34,446 bases of DNA from a virus (Duplodnaviria > Caudoviricetes). Location of the stretch: IMG/VR virus record IMGVR_UViG_3300034410_000436, positions 1-34,446 of that record; one strand, 5' to 3'. Both the position numbers and the translations under genes were made by a program. The number at the start of each line of letters is the position of its first letter. The stretch's first letter is position 1. Shown here piece by piece: positions 18,537-28,549 of this stretch. The notes under the pieces are model-generated. The model was not told the origin of the DNA, searched no databases, and saw nothing but the letters and a program-made list of their open reading frames with translations.

Positions 18537-18884
18537 TTAACTAATAAACTTTAATGCGTCATACTCCTCTATTACATAAACTCGTACATAACTACGACCG
18601 CTATTTTGTGCTTTTAATAATCTGTGTCGACCATCTATCATTCTATAAGGTTTATCTGCAGGATTTTTCATACCTTTAACTACTATACCTGCGAGATCTA
18701 TGTCAGCTTGTTTGTATCGACTATCTCTTGTTTCTATTGTTCTCGTTGTTTTGTGGCCTATATCATCTATATTTATCGAAATTGGTTCTATGTTTTTCAG
18801 CTTAACCCACTCATAGATTTTACTACAATCTATTTGTGTTGGCACATTAAATAATTGCCAATCGCCGTCCATCATATGTATCAT
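18537..18884 (-). CDS. ParB/sulfiredoxin-like N-terminal domain protein
   Basis: 115 aa with YRMIDGRHRLLKA, matching the ParB/Srx DGxHR motif. No HTH domain. ATGA overlap with the upstream gene. Confidence 0.7.
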   Translation of the reverse strand: MIHMMDGDWQLFNVPTQIDCSKIYEWVKLKNIEPISINIDDIGHKTTRTIETRDSRYKQADIDLAGIVVKGMKNPADKPYRMIDGRHRLLKAQNSGRSYVRVYVIEEYDALKFIS

Positions 18885-19414
18885 CTTATAGAAAACCCAA
18901 AACTTAATCTATCTGTTTCCGAACCTACGCAATGCCAAAGGAATGGTGGTTCGCCAGTTACTTCAAATAAACGACTTGTAAGTCCTTTATCATCATAATC
19001 TGTAATTACTTTTTCATCTTTTATATATCTAAAAAAAGATTTGTCTGCTTCATTTGTCCAAGTTAAATAAAGTCTTTTACAAGGATCGTTCCTATTGGTA
19101 TGCCATCCCATATATCCTGTTGGAGGATAATGAAAAAAGCCCGTGGCACGAACAACTTGTTTTGGAAATAGTTTTTGAATTAATTGCGTTATTTGTTGAG
19201 TAACTCCTAACCCTTCGAAACTTACCATATTAGTTTCGTTACTAATTGAGAGGTTTGAAGTGCTAAGATATTCTAGGGTTAACTTGTCAGCCCAATCTTT
19301 TACTGTTTTTGCTCCGGCTATTCTTGTATTTAAGAGCATATCTCTATAATTCTTCTCAATTATTTTTTCAGCTTCTATTTTAGTTTCATCCGGAAGATCA
19401 AACCTTATGCTCAT
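18881..19414 (-). CDS. 2OG-Fe(II) oxygenase-like / cupin (DSBH) protein
   Basis: YPPTGYMGWHTN ... WHCVGS ... RLSFGF gives proximal His, distal His and a terminal RxS motif typical of DSBH 2OG oxygenases. The usual HxD is HxN here. Confidence 0.65.
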   Translation of the reverse strand: MSIRFDLPDETKIEAEKIIEKNYRDMLLNTRIAGAKTVKDWADKLTLEYLSTSNLSISNETNMVSFEGLGVTQQITQLIQKLFPKQVVRATGFFHYPPTGYMGWHTNRNDPCKRLYLTWTNEADKSFFRYIKDEKVITDYDDKGLTSRLFEVTGEPPFLWHCVGSETDRLSFGFSIR

Positions 19415-19905
19415 GCTAGCTTAGGATTATATTTAGCTTCAAAATCAATGAAAGCGTTAGGAACTGCTTCATATGCAGTCCAATAGTCAGTAGCACGTGA
19501 TAAATCAACAGTATTCGGTAAATCTCTTAACTTTTGTTTATCAGCTTCAATTTCTGTAACAACATCATTTAAACCTTTTGTTAAGGCTCTCATCGCAAGT
19601 GTATCTAACATATTTAATGCCATACCACGTTGGTTGCGTATTAAACCTAAAATATATACTTGAACAAGTTCCATATCCCATTCAACTCTTGAAGGCTTTT
19701 TAACATTATTAAATTTTAAATATTCAGGCATACCAACCATAGACCAATCTTCACGACTTGAATTTTCGTCAATGTATGGTACTTCAACATAACCTGCACC
19801 TTTTGGTATTACTCCATCAGAAATAAGTTTACTTACTTTTTGAGTAGTACTAATAACTGATACTTTTGGAGTATTTAATGGTGAATTGAAAAATATGGTT
19901 TTCAT
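19411..19905 (-). CDS. Putative tail-fibre assembly chaperone-like protein
   Basis: Lies directly downstream of a fibre gene. The C-terminal helical IRNQR...LDTLAMRAL...KQKLRDLP resembles phage tail assembly chaperones. Confidence 0.55.
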   Translation of the reverse strand: MKTIFFNSPLNTPKVSVISTTQKVSKLISDGVIPKGAGYVEVPYIDENSSREDWSMVGMPEYLKFNNVKKPSRVEWDMELVQVYILGLIRNQRGMALNMLDTLAMRALTKGLNDVVTEIEADKQKLRDLPNTVDLSRATDYWTAYEAVPNAFIDFEAKYNPKLA

Positions 19906-19919
19906 TTGTTATTCTCTCT

Positions 19920-21296
19920 TTAATATAATATTGCGATATTAATTAATCGCGGGTTCACGGTTGTTATACCAAATGTAGCACCCGTATTGTTATCGTTACC
20001 GCCAAAGTGTTGATAATCAATAATAGTTCTAGTAGCTTTAATAACGAATGAACTTGTAGTTTGTGATTGAACCCAAGCGTTATAGTTTGTAAATGCTTGT
20101 GTTACACCTTGAGCGTCACGCGCAGTAGAAGCCGTTACAGCAGTTTGTTTATCGTCTACGTTACCAATAACGATTGCATAATTATCATTACTTGTTGGTC
20201 TTCCGCCAGCAATATTAGATGGAATAGTTACAGTATAAGTACCAGTAGCACCTTTTGATACTGTTAAACCACCACCGCTTGAAAATACGGTCCCGTTTGC
20301 ACCATCGAAACTAATATAACCTTTTACTAATTGAACAATACCTGTTAACTCTGAACCATCGCCAGTGAACTTATCTGCATCTACAGTCCCTGTTACTGTA
20401 GCGTCACCGGCTACTGTAAGATCTCCATCAACGTCAACGTCGTTAAAAGTAACATCGTCATTTGTTCCAACGTCTTGACCAATAGTAATTACACCATCTA
20501 CACCGTCATAAGATACTCCAACTCCAGGACTTAATGATGCGATTGCTCTTGCTTCTGTAAAGTAAAGATTGTCATCGCCTTCGCTTAAACTATCTGTGTC
20601 GTGATTTGTTAATGAACTTACTGTACCATTTACGTTACCAGTAAATGTTGCTGGTACGTTGGCAGCTGGTCCACCGTTTTCGAAAATTTTGTTTCCTGCT
20701 GGATGGTAAATATCACCTGTAAAATCACCAACAAAGGTACCAGTAAAATCACCACTTGCTCCTGTTTGTACAACAAGGTTATTTGCAGTAAGTATTCCTG
20801 GTACTGTTAAATTCGTACCAATTTGAACATCAGCAGAAGTTACGAGACTTGGAACAGTTAATACGCCGGCAGTTGATAAAGAAAATTGACCGCCTCCGCC
20901 ATTATTCATTTCAAAAGAAGAATCGCCTCCAGCAGCGTAACCAATATCCCAATTCGTTTGGTTATCAGTAAATCTTGCTTTACCTCCGCCAGAAGCGAAG
21001 GCAATTGTTATTCCGATTGCATCAGCAACTGGAGTAACACTAATTGGCGAGGCAAAAGAAACTGGAGTAGCTGGAGTCCTAGACTCAATTGTATCTGTGC
21101 TTACTTTAACTACACCAATTAGCTCGTTTGCAGTAAATTCTCCATTGAGAATTGCATCTCCGTCTGTGGTATCTGCCGTACCCGCTTGAGCAGTGATTGC
21201 AGAATCTCGGAAGATATTAACCATCTCATTAGTTTTATCAAACCAATTTTGAAATGTTTGTGTCGTAGCTATGTTTTGAATATTTGGTTTGGCCAT
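19920..21296 (-). CDS. Tail-fibre-like structural protein
   Basis: N-terminal TQTFQNWFDKTNEM baseplate-attachment-type motif, FTGD/FTGNV beta repeats, TDSLSEGDDNLYFTEARA and a C-terminal KGYISFDG...GTYTV domain. Confidence 0.75.
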   Translation of the reverse strand: MAKPNIQNIATTQTFQNWFDKTNEMVNIFRDSAITAQAGTADTTDGDAILNGEFTANELIGVVKVSTDTIESRTPATPVSFASPISVTPVADAIGITIAFASGGGKARFTDNQTNWDIGYAAGGDSSFEMNNGGGGQFSLSTAGVLTVPSLVTSADVQIGTNLTVPGILTANNLVVQTGASGDFTGTFVGDFTGDIYHPAGNKIFENGGPAANVPATFTGNVNGTVSSLTNHDTDSLSEGDDNLYFTEARAIASLSPGVGVSYDGVDGVITIGQDVGTNDDVTFNDVDVDGDLTVAGDATVTGTVDADKFTGDGSELTGIVQLVKGYISFDGANGTVFSSGGGLTVSKGATGTYTVTIPSNIAGGRPTSNDNYAIVIGNVDDKQTAVTASTARDAQGVTQAFTNYNAWVQSQTTSSFVIKATRTIIDYQHFGGNDNNTGATFGITTVNPRLINIAILY

Positions 21297-21485
21297 TTAT
21301 CTCTTCTCTATTTTATCTACCCTATCGCTCAGTCTTTTCAAACAGGCTTTAGCTTCGTTAAGTTCGCTTTGTAATCTATCTACTTTTCTATATAATGCTC
21401 TTTCTGATTTATATTTATTAAGAGCTTGTATATCAGTATTTATTACTGCTCCGCTGTCATCTCGTACTAAAGCTGGCTTGATCAT
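21297..21485 (-). CDS. Small conserved coiled-coil protein
   Basis: LVRDDSGAVINTD followed by a heptad-like helix. This type of gene commonly follows VrlC-like genes in T4-like marine phages. ATGA overlap with the upstream gene. Confidence 0.7.
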   Translation of the reverse strand: MIKPALVRDDSGAVINTDIQALNKYKSERALYRKVDRLQSELNEAKACLKRLSDRVDKIEKR

Positions 21486-24400
21486 GTCAATGCAATGCCT
21501 CTATAGTCTTTTACAAATGGTGCATTATGAATGCTGTCAGCAATTAAGTCAATTCTTATTGCAAACTTTCTATATCCAAGGAATGTACCTGCATCACTTG
21601 TATATGTTAATACACCGGTATCTTTGTTTGCATCTGCTACAGCATATCTATATTCTCTAAAGTCGTCTAAATTAGAAGATGACGAGAAGGTTTGTGCGCC
21701 TTCAATAGTTTCTAATTCAATCCAATCAATAGTATCTTCTGCAGAGCTATCTTGTGCATGTTGTGGTCTAATATAAACTTTAATTTCAGTTCCTGCTGGT
21801 CTATAACCTGTTAAGTACAGATTTAAATCTTCAGCATCTAAGTCTTCAGCTAATTCAACAGTCTTAGAAATATATTTAGATGTTGTAACAGTTGAATCTG
21901 TTACTTTAAATTGATATGCTAATAGCGTTGCTAATTCTAAATCAACAATTGGAGTCGAAGTAGAGTTAGATGAGTTAGTCATAGCCACATTAATTAAGAA
22001 TGGTTTTGGATTTACAAAGTTGTTTGACCTAGAATAAATAACAACACCATTTTGAGTGAAGAAGTTATTATCACCAAACTTCATTGGCATATCATATGAA
22101 TTAACAACGTTTGCTGGATCTGTAAACGTACCACTGATTGAAGTTGTTGTTACAGAATCGTTTGTTTTCTGAATTAATGGTTGTACATAACTTAAATTAA
22201 TATTATCAACCGATCCAATTGTACCAGTTGTTGTTGAATCAAGACCTGTAAGAGTATCACCAGCAACAAATTTCTTAGACATAATCGAAGAACTTTGTTT
22301 TAAGTGAAGTGTAGATGCAGTATACTTGTTGTAATGTGAAATGATACCAGCAACAATTGGAATACCAGAAGATGTTGCGCCATTGAATGAACAAGGTTTA
22401 TCTGTAGTCATTTCAGTAGCTGAATCAACACTTACAATTCTAAATATATCCCTTGCAGTATTACCTGAATTAATTACAAGAATATAATCGCCTGCTGCAT
22501 AATCAGCAGTAAAGTCATTACCCGATTGAGTAATAATATTTGTTCCTTGTATCATTGAAACTGAATATCCTACATCAATTTGCTTATAAGCATATTCATT
22601 AATATTGAATCTTCCAGTCCAATCAGATAATGTTAAGAACTCGTGATCATCATTAGTAAGAGAAACACTACCTGTTGCAGCGTTAAAGTCGTGACGATAT
22701 AAGTTAAACTTAATATCTTCGTCTTGTACTGATTGCCATGCTCTATTGTTTGTAGATGTGAATAGAACTCCATCACCCCAGTCCATTACAACTGCTTGAC
22801 CTTGAGTAGGACCGGCAGTAAGATCATCACCACCAACTTTAGAAGTATAATGTAAGTAGTTTGGATCGTTAGCATCTGGCATAATTACCACTGCATATTC
22901 TTTTTCAACATCCATTCTAATCGGAGCATCAAATTGAACTTCTGTAACTGCCGAAGCGTCGTCTGATACACTTACTTCTGAAGGAGATAAATGAGTCTTA
23001 GAGAATGGTAAAATAATATTAGATGGATAACCATTAATAACTTCGCGTATTGTAATAGTAACACCGTTAATATTTGATTTACGTTTAAAGAATAAATCAA
23101 CTTTAGATACAAAGATTGAATTAGATCCACGACCCATACCTTGTTTAATAAAGAATGTTTGAGCTAATGGATCGCCTCGTCTTGTTACCTGAGTCATACG
23201 AGATGCTAAGTTTCTTGATGTAGCAGTTTCTTCTGTACCAAACTCTGGCATTCTTGTTGCGATGGTTGCTTTGTTCTGTGTAATATTATATGCGTGATAA
23301 GCAATTTCACCTTTTGAAGTAGAAGCTGATTCAATACTTGAATATTGACTCACATCAACTGCGGTAAGTACTCTATCACCTACATAGAATTGACCTTGTG
23401 GAATTCTAAATACAGCTCTTAAAATACCGTTTGAATCGGTTGTAACTGCAGCTCCGCGATCTCCAACTTTTTGTACATTTCTTGCATCCATTGCAGCAGG
23501 AGAGCCTGGAGCAACATGTGCATTAACATCAACACCATCAAAGAAGAAGTAGTGTTGTGTATCAGGACGTAGACCAGAGATGAATACTTTAACGTTTCTT
23601 GATCTCATAAATGGTTGGAATTGAACGTTAGTAACAAAGTCACCAACTTGATCTAATCCACCATCGTTTACAGTAAGACTTGATATTGTACCAGCTTGAG
23701 TCCTAGGAGTAATTGTAGTTGTCGTTCTACCAGAAGTAATACTAGTTGAAGGACCGTTGGTAATTGGACCATCCCAGCTTGTACCAGTGATTGGTAATAC
23801 TTCTTGTAAATCTTGGAATACACCCGCTAAATCAATTTCTAATGGTACTGGATTTTGAATAGTATCGTGAGCCATATCGTGGCTTGGAGAAATCTGAGCA
23901 TTACCATCATATTTCCAGAAGTTAGATACACAGTTTCTAAAGTTTGTAGCATAAGGCTGACCAATTAACTTAACATTAGCATTTCTACTTAATGAAGCAA
24001 CTTCAGCACTATTAACATCTGGGAATATAGTTGCGCCTGCGGCAGTACTATATTTAAGATCTATTGGGAATGTATTCAATGCAGGAGTAAGAATTTTCTT
24101 ATCAAAATGAATAGCAGCTTTATAGTTAGGATCTTCTGTATTAGCAATATCTGCATCATTCATTGGATCTACAATGTAACCATTCTTAAATCTTGATAAA
24201 CCATTTTCATCTAAAATTAATAGATTTTCTGAGCTTTGTTCTAATTGATTTAAACTAATGTAATATTCAAGACCTTCAATTCTTTTTTCGATCTTTTCAA
24301 TATCACGCATTGTATAGTTTGGAGTACCGACTGATTTTACTTGTACAGCTGACGAGAACTTACCTTGCTCTGACGCTTCTTTTTGTGATAAGGCAGGATA

Positions 24401-26842
24401 ACCAGGAATAAACACTGTTGAAACAATTAATTGATCTGATCCAACTTTAGGTGTAATTGGATTCTGGCTTTCTTCACCTTTAATAATTTGTGAGTTACCA
24501 TATGAATCGAAACAAATAGCATCAACTCTTGATAGATAACTTTCAACGTCTGATGTGATTGCAGATTCCAATGCCGGTACTAAGAATGTACCAGTAAATG
24601 TTGGTGTAACACTTTGTACTGCGGCTGTTACAACTCCAGCTGCTCCTTGAGATACATCAGTATAATCAACATTTGAATCTTTATCAGCATATGGTCTAAA
24701 ATCAAAACAATTTCTTAATTGATATAATTTACCATTAGTAGCTTTATAGCTTTCTAAATCAGATGATCTTACAAATCCATCTGGTAATGTTGCTGTATCG
24801 TCATCAATAGGATAACTATTAATGTTAAAGAAGTGTTGTCCTTGCGAAGTATTACGCTGGTAAACTGCAAGTTGTACAACTAATTGTTGACCATTTGCTG
24901 GTTGTGGACGACCTTGGATATATTCCATATATGATCGATCATAGAAATGGTCGTTTTGATTTGTGTGTAATTTAAAACTGTCGGTAAAATCTGTTCCACC
25001 AGGTCCAGTACTAACACTAATAATTTTGTATACATCAGGGAAACCTAAACTGTATTTAGAAGTAACAGTTGCAAAGTTAACTTTGATATATGGTTTAACT
25101 GATGTTTTAGGATGTGGTATTGCGTTCGTTAATCTCTTATTGAAGTATACCTCTGCACCACCGGCTGCTGCGCCTGGATCTAATGCAATAGTCATTACTG
25201 AATCTGCTAATGTTTTGGTAACACTTACTACTGAAATAACTGTATTTGTGGTATCGACTACGAGAATATCATCTTGATTTACTGCAAAGTCTTCGCCAAC
25301 TGCAGCTGTAATTTCAATTTCATCATTAACTACAGATACAGCTTTTTGAGCTCTAACTGGAATAACCATATCGGTAAATTCTTTAATGTATGGAGTACCT
25401 GTATCGAAAACAACTGGTGACTTATTAATTTCTCTTACTTTGTCATTTGCAGCAACTGTGATCTCACCGGCAGATCCAACAATTTTTACAACTTCATTAA
25501 AGTTATTAGGTAAGAGCATTTTAACGCCCATTAAATATACTCGAGTAGGTGTAAGGTTTTTAACGTATGCCTTACCAATCGTACCATTTACTGAGTTTTT
25601 AAGATCTACTATTGCATAGTTAGTATCCACTGTACCAGAAATAGCTACTACATTAAGATAAGATCCATAATCTATACTTGTTGCTTGGTTAGGTTGAATC
25701 GCAGTATTAGCGACATCGTCAATTGCAAAATCTAATTTACCACTGTTTTCTACTCTGAAACCTTTAATATAAGCCGTGCCTTTACCAACAAGAGCAGTAA
25801 GCTCATTGTTTCTTCGGTCCATATCAACTTTAAAGTTTTCTAAAACATAGTTACCTGATTCTTCGTATGTTCTTTTTGCCATTTCATCAGCAATAGAATT
25901 GAACTGAGCAACGTCACGTAAAGTAACTGCTGAGCCATTTTGATAACGAATCAATGTAAAGAATACAGGATCTACGTCTGCAACTGCAGTATCTTTTACA
26001 ACTAATTTTGGAACCATTGAAAGTCTATCAGCACCAGGTGCATTTTCATTCTGCGACCCGTTTGCATTATCATACAAAGTGTTATCTTGTAATGAACTTA
26101 CTAATAATTCGTCAACTTCATAACCAACTGATAAATCATCAGGTTGATCGTTGTATTTTGATACAACTAATGTTTGATCTTTTGTAAATAGGAAATGACC
26201 TTTTTGGAAAATAACACCGGCCGATGCTCTAATACCGAATGATTTACCAACAGGATCATTTTGTAATGTTACGTTAATTTGCCATAAAGCAGCGTCTGCT
26301 CCAGATCCGCCTTCTTGTAATGCGCTAACTAAAACTGAACCGTTATAAACATATTTCGTAATTGTTAATGCTTCACCAGTTTGGAAACGTTGAACAGCAC
26401 CATTTGTATTCAAATAGTTAATAAAGAAAGTATTAAGATCTGGTGGTCTTGTTTCAAAACCGCGAGTAGCAGCAATGATATTAGCTTTAAGACCAGCAGC
26501 ATTTGATACCTCGTATACAACATCGACGTCTGTTACTAAGCCGTCAATAATTGCTGTACTTGGACCAGATACGTATGATTCAACATCGAAGTCAGTTTTA
26601 TCGGTTAACCTTACAAATTCTAAACCGTTAAGGTTAGTAAAGTTACAACCTTTAATAATAGTACCTTCCTGGTAGATATTATCTCCGAATTGCTCTACTT
26701 GATTTTGAAGAATTGATTGAAGTTGAGTCAGCTCTCTTGCTTGTACAGCATATGCTGGCTTAAACAGAATCTTATAGAACTGCTTTTCGACATCAAAGTC
26801 ATCAAAATATGGTGCAATATTTAAATTTGTATTAATAGGCAT
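21482..26842 (-). CDS. VrlC-like / DUF4815 large virion structural protein
   Basis: Motifs NLNIAPYFDDFD...FKPAYAVQARELTQLQSILQNQ, APGADRL, AKRTYEESGNY, YTMRDIEKIEKRIEGLEYY, DPLAQTF and the terminal PFVKDYRGIALT. Confidence 0.88.
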   Translation of the reverse strand: MPINTNLNIAPYFDDFDVEKQFYKILFKPAYAVQARELTQLQSILQNQVEQFGDNIYQEGTIIKGCNFTNLNGLEFVRLTDKTDFDVESYVSGPSTAIIDGLVTDVDVVYEVSNAAGLKANIIAATRGFETRPPDLNTFFINYLNTNGAVQRFQTGEALTITKYVYNGSVLVSALQEGGSGADAALWQINVTLQNDPVGKSFGIRASAGVIFQKGHFLFTKDQTLVVSKYNDQPDDLSVGYEVDELLVSSLQDNTLYDNANGSQNENAPGADRLSMVPKLVVKDTAVADVDPVFFTLIRYQNGSAVTLRDVAQFNSIADEMAKRTYEESGNYVLENFKVDMDRRNNELTALVGKGTAYIKGFRVENSGKLDFAIDDVANTAIQPNQATSIDYGSYLNVVAISGTVDTNYAIVDLKNSVNGTIGKAYVKNLTPTRVYLMGVKMLLPNNFNEVVKIVGSAGEITVAANDKVREINKSPVVFDTGTPYIKEFTDMVIPVRAQKAVSVVNDEIEITAAVGEDFAVNQDDILVVDTTNTVISVVSVTKTLADSVMTIALDPGAAAGGAEVYFNKRLTNAIPHPKTSVKPYIKVNFATVTSKYSLGFPDVYKIISVSTGPGGTDFTDSFKLHTNQNDHFYDRSYMEYIQGRPQPANGQQLVVQLAVYQRNTSQGQHFFNINSYPIDDDTATLPDGFVRSSDLESYKATNGKLYQLRNCFDFRPYADKDSNVDYTDVSQGAAGVVTAAVQSVTPTFTGTFLVPALESAITSDVESYLSRVDAICFDSYGNSQIIKGEESQNPITPKVGSDQLIVSTVFIPGYPALSQKEASEQGKFSSAVQVKSVGTPNYTMRDIEKIEKRIEGLEYYISLNQLEQSSENLLILDENGLSRFKNGYIVDPMNDADIANTEDPNYKAAIHFDKKILTPALNTFPIDLKYSTAAGATIFPDVNSAEVASLSRNANVKLIGQPYATNFRNCVSNFWKYDGNAQISPSHDMAHDTIQNPVPLEIDLAGVFQDLQEVLPITGTSWDGPITNGPSTSITSGRTTTTITPRTQAGTISSLTVNDGGLDQVGDFVTNVQFQPFMRSRNVKVFISGLRPDTQHYFFFDGVDVNAHVAPGSPAAMDARNVQKVGDRGAAVTTDSNGILRAVFRIPQGQFYVGDRVLTAVDVSQYSSIESASTSKGEIAYHAYNITQNKATIATRMPEFGTEETATSRNLASRMTQVTRRGDPLAQTFFIKQGMGRGSNSIFVSKVDLFFKRKSNINGVTITIREVINGYPSNIILPFSKTHLSPSEVSVSDDASAVTEVQFDAPIRMDVEKEYAVVIMPDANDPNYLHYTSKVGGDDLTAGPTQGQAVVMDWGDGVLFTSTNNRAWQSVQDEDIKFNLYRHDFNAATGSVSLTNDDHEFLTLSDWTGRFNINEYAYKQIDVGYSVSMIQGTNIITQSGNDFTADYAAGDYILVINSGNTARDIFRIVSVDSATEMTTDKPCSFNGATSSGIPIVAGIISHYNKYTASTLHLKQSSSIMSKKFVAGDTLTGLDSTTTGTIGSVDNINLSYVQPLIQKTNDSVTTTSISGTFTDPANVVNSYDMPMKFGDNNFFTQNGVVIYSRSNNFVNPKPFLINVAMTNSSNSTSTPIVDLELATLLAYQFKVTDSTVTTSKYISKTVELAEDLDAEDLNLYLTGYRPAGTEIKVYIRPQHAQDSSAEDTIDWIELETIEGAQTFSSSSNLDDFREYRYAVADANKDTGVLTYTSDAGTFLGYRKFAIRIDLIADSIHNAPFVKDYRGIALT

Positions 26843-26857
26843 CTATTTGAGTTTCCT

Positions 26858-28510
26858 TTAAAATTCTAAGACCAACTTATATTCTTCTCTTGAACTTTCA
26901 GCCCGATTTAACGGGAAAAAGTCTTCCATAAAGTATACTGTTCCGGATCTTTGAGTATATCTTGATTCAATAACATTATTAGCTACTGGTATATTTATCT
27001 GTATTCTTTGTCCTGTTGCATTAATCAGGTCCTTATCATAGTCTAATGATATGTCATTATTAGCACTATTTATTTGCGGTCCCATATAGTTACAGATAAA
27101 GACTGTATTGGAACTTGCTTGTATATCATGTATACGACCACTAAAAGTGATGTTATTATTTATATCGACCTGAGTAACAGTTGTATCTACTTCAAACTTT
27201 CCATAATCATCGGTAATAATTTCTATTCTATTATCAAATACTTCAGGTGAAGCAGTGTTTGCTGTTTCTGGGTCAGGCGTAAATTCTGGATTCTTTACAA
27301 TTCCAACAGCAGAATAACTATTAGATTTGCCAATTTTATTATTGTCTGTTTCTGTAATGTATGCATATAATAAAACGTGTCTGCAATGCATTTCATCAAT
27401 AAGATTAAAACCGTGATAACCTAATGGAGATAATACTGGTCTTAATGTTGCTCTTACATCGACAGGATTATCATCTTCATCTGGTTCAAAATCAAAAATA
27501 GGATCGACAATACGAGCTGTAATATTATTATAGTTTGAGCCTGTTTCTAATAATTCGATATTAGTAATTGTACCTTCTACAACTCTTGGAATAGCAACAG
27601 CACCTTCGCCATCACCTAATATTTCAACCGTTGGTACGATTTTAAGTGTTGAGTTAATAATAACGCCATCACCTTTTGGATCTCCAACAACTCTTAATCT
27701 TACTACTCGAGCTGTTTCATCATAGGTAGAACTATCAACAACGTATGTATACGCAACGTTATTTGGAGTATTTAAATATATTGTCATACCAGCATAGTAG
27801 TTAGAAATCTGGCTTAGGAAAGAAGATTGAATTACAATTTCACCATTATTACCTGGAGGACCAACCACGATACCACTTTCTAATGTAGGATAACCTGCAT
27901 TATCAATATAGTTTTCTACAAAAATATCAGAAACTTCTGAACCTGTAATGACGTTATTAGCATCTGCTTCAGGATCAGGATTAATTTCAAATGTACCAAC
28001 TAAAGGAATAAAACCAGAAGCATTATAAGCTTCAAATTGTTGCTCAGTTAAATAATACATAAACTTCCAAACATATCCGTCTGGCATTCTGTAAATCTGA
28101 TTTTCAGTTGTTGGATTATAATTTGGTGGTACTGTAGAAAGAGCACCATTATTATTTGAAAGGCATTTATAAATTCTGTAATCGCCTGAATCGTTATTTG
28201 TAGGACCCACAACAGAATAAAAGTTTGACTGTTCTAAGTCAATAAGATCATCGTACTGAGTATATAATGCATCTTTTTGCCAAGGATAATATTTAATCAT
28301 AAACTTAATATCAGAGTTAAATACTTGCTTGCCGAAAAGAATGCTTTCTTTAAATTCCATCTTCGAGTGCAGTGAGTTAACAGCAGGAATACGATTCAAC
28401 TCGCCGATAACGGTTGAAGAAATCATAAAATAGAACTCATTATCGAGAAGTTCTTGATAGAAATCTCGAGTAATGTCGTTCTTCATCGTTGTAGTTAAAA
28501 TTTCTGGCAT
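26858..28510 (-). CDS. gp8: Baseplate wedge subunit (T4 gp8-like)
   Basis: YRIYKCLSNNNGALSTVPP...DGYVWKFMY, SPLGYHG and the C-terminal SGTVYFMEDFFPLNRAESSREEYKLVLEF. Confidence 0.85.
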   Translation of the reverse strand: MPEILTTTMKNDITRDFYQELLDNEFYFMISSTVIGELNRIPAVNSLHSKMEFKESILFGKQVFNSDIKFMIKYYPWQKDALYTQYDDLIDLEQSNFYSVVGPTNNDSGDYRIYKCLSNNNGALSTVPPNYNPTTENQIYRMPDGYVWKFMYYLTEQQFEAYNASGFIPLVGTFEINPDPEADANNVITGSEVSDIFVENYIDNAGYPTLESGIVVGPPGNNGEIVIQSSFLSQISNYYAGMTIYLNTPNNVAYTYVVDSSTYDETARVVRLRVVGDPKGDGVIINSTLKIVPTVEILGDGEGAVAIPRVVEGTITNIELLETGSNYNNITARIVDPIFDFEPDEDDNPVDVRATLRPVLSPLGYHGFNLIDEMHCRHVLLYAYITETDNNKIGKSNSYSAVGIVKNPEFTPDPETANTASPEVFDNRIEIITDDYGKFEVDTTVTQVDINNNITFSGRIHDIQASSNTVFICNYMGPQINSANNDISLDYDKDLINATGQRIQINIPVANNVIESRYTQRSGTVYFMEDFFPLNRAESSREEYKLVLEF

Positions 28511-28534
28511 TTCACTTAACCCTAGCTTTTGTAA

Positions 28535-28542
28535 TATTTATA
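28535..28542 (-). promoter_or_regulatory. T4-type late promoter TATAAATA
   Basis: Plus-strand tatttata at 28535-28542 in the short intergenic gap, about 25 nt upstream of the gp8 ATG. Confidence 0.8.
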
Positions 28543-28549
28543 AACACTT

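Noticed and set aside
18537-18884. ParB-like gene as a partition system
   Set aside because: There is no ParA, no HTH domain and no parS-like repeat nearby.
21412-26999. Intragenic ATAAATA matches at 21412-21418 and 26992-26998 as late promoters
   Set aside because: They are imperfect matches inside AT-rich coding sequence, 115-150 nt from the next start. They cannot be distinguished from chance.
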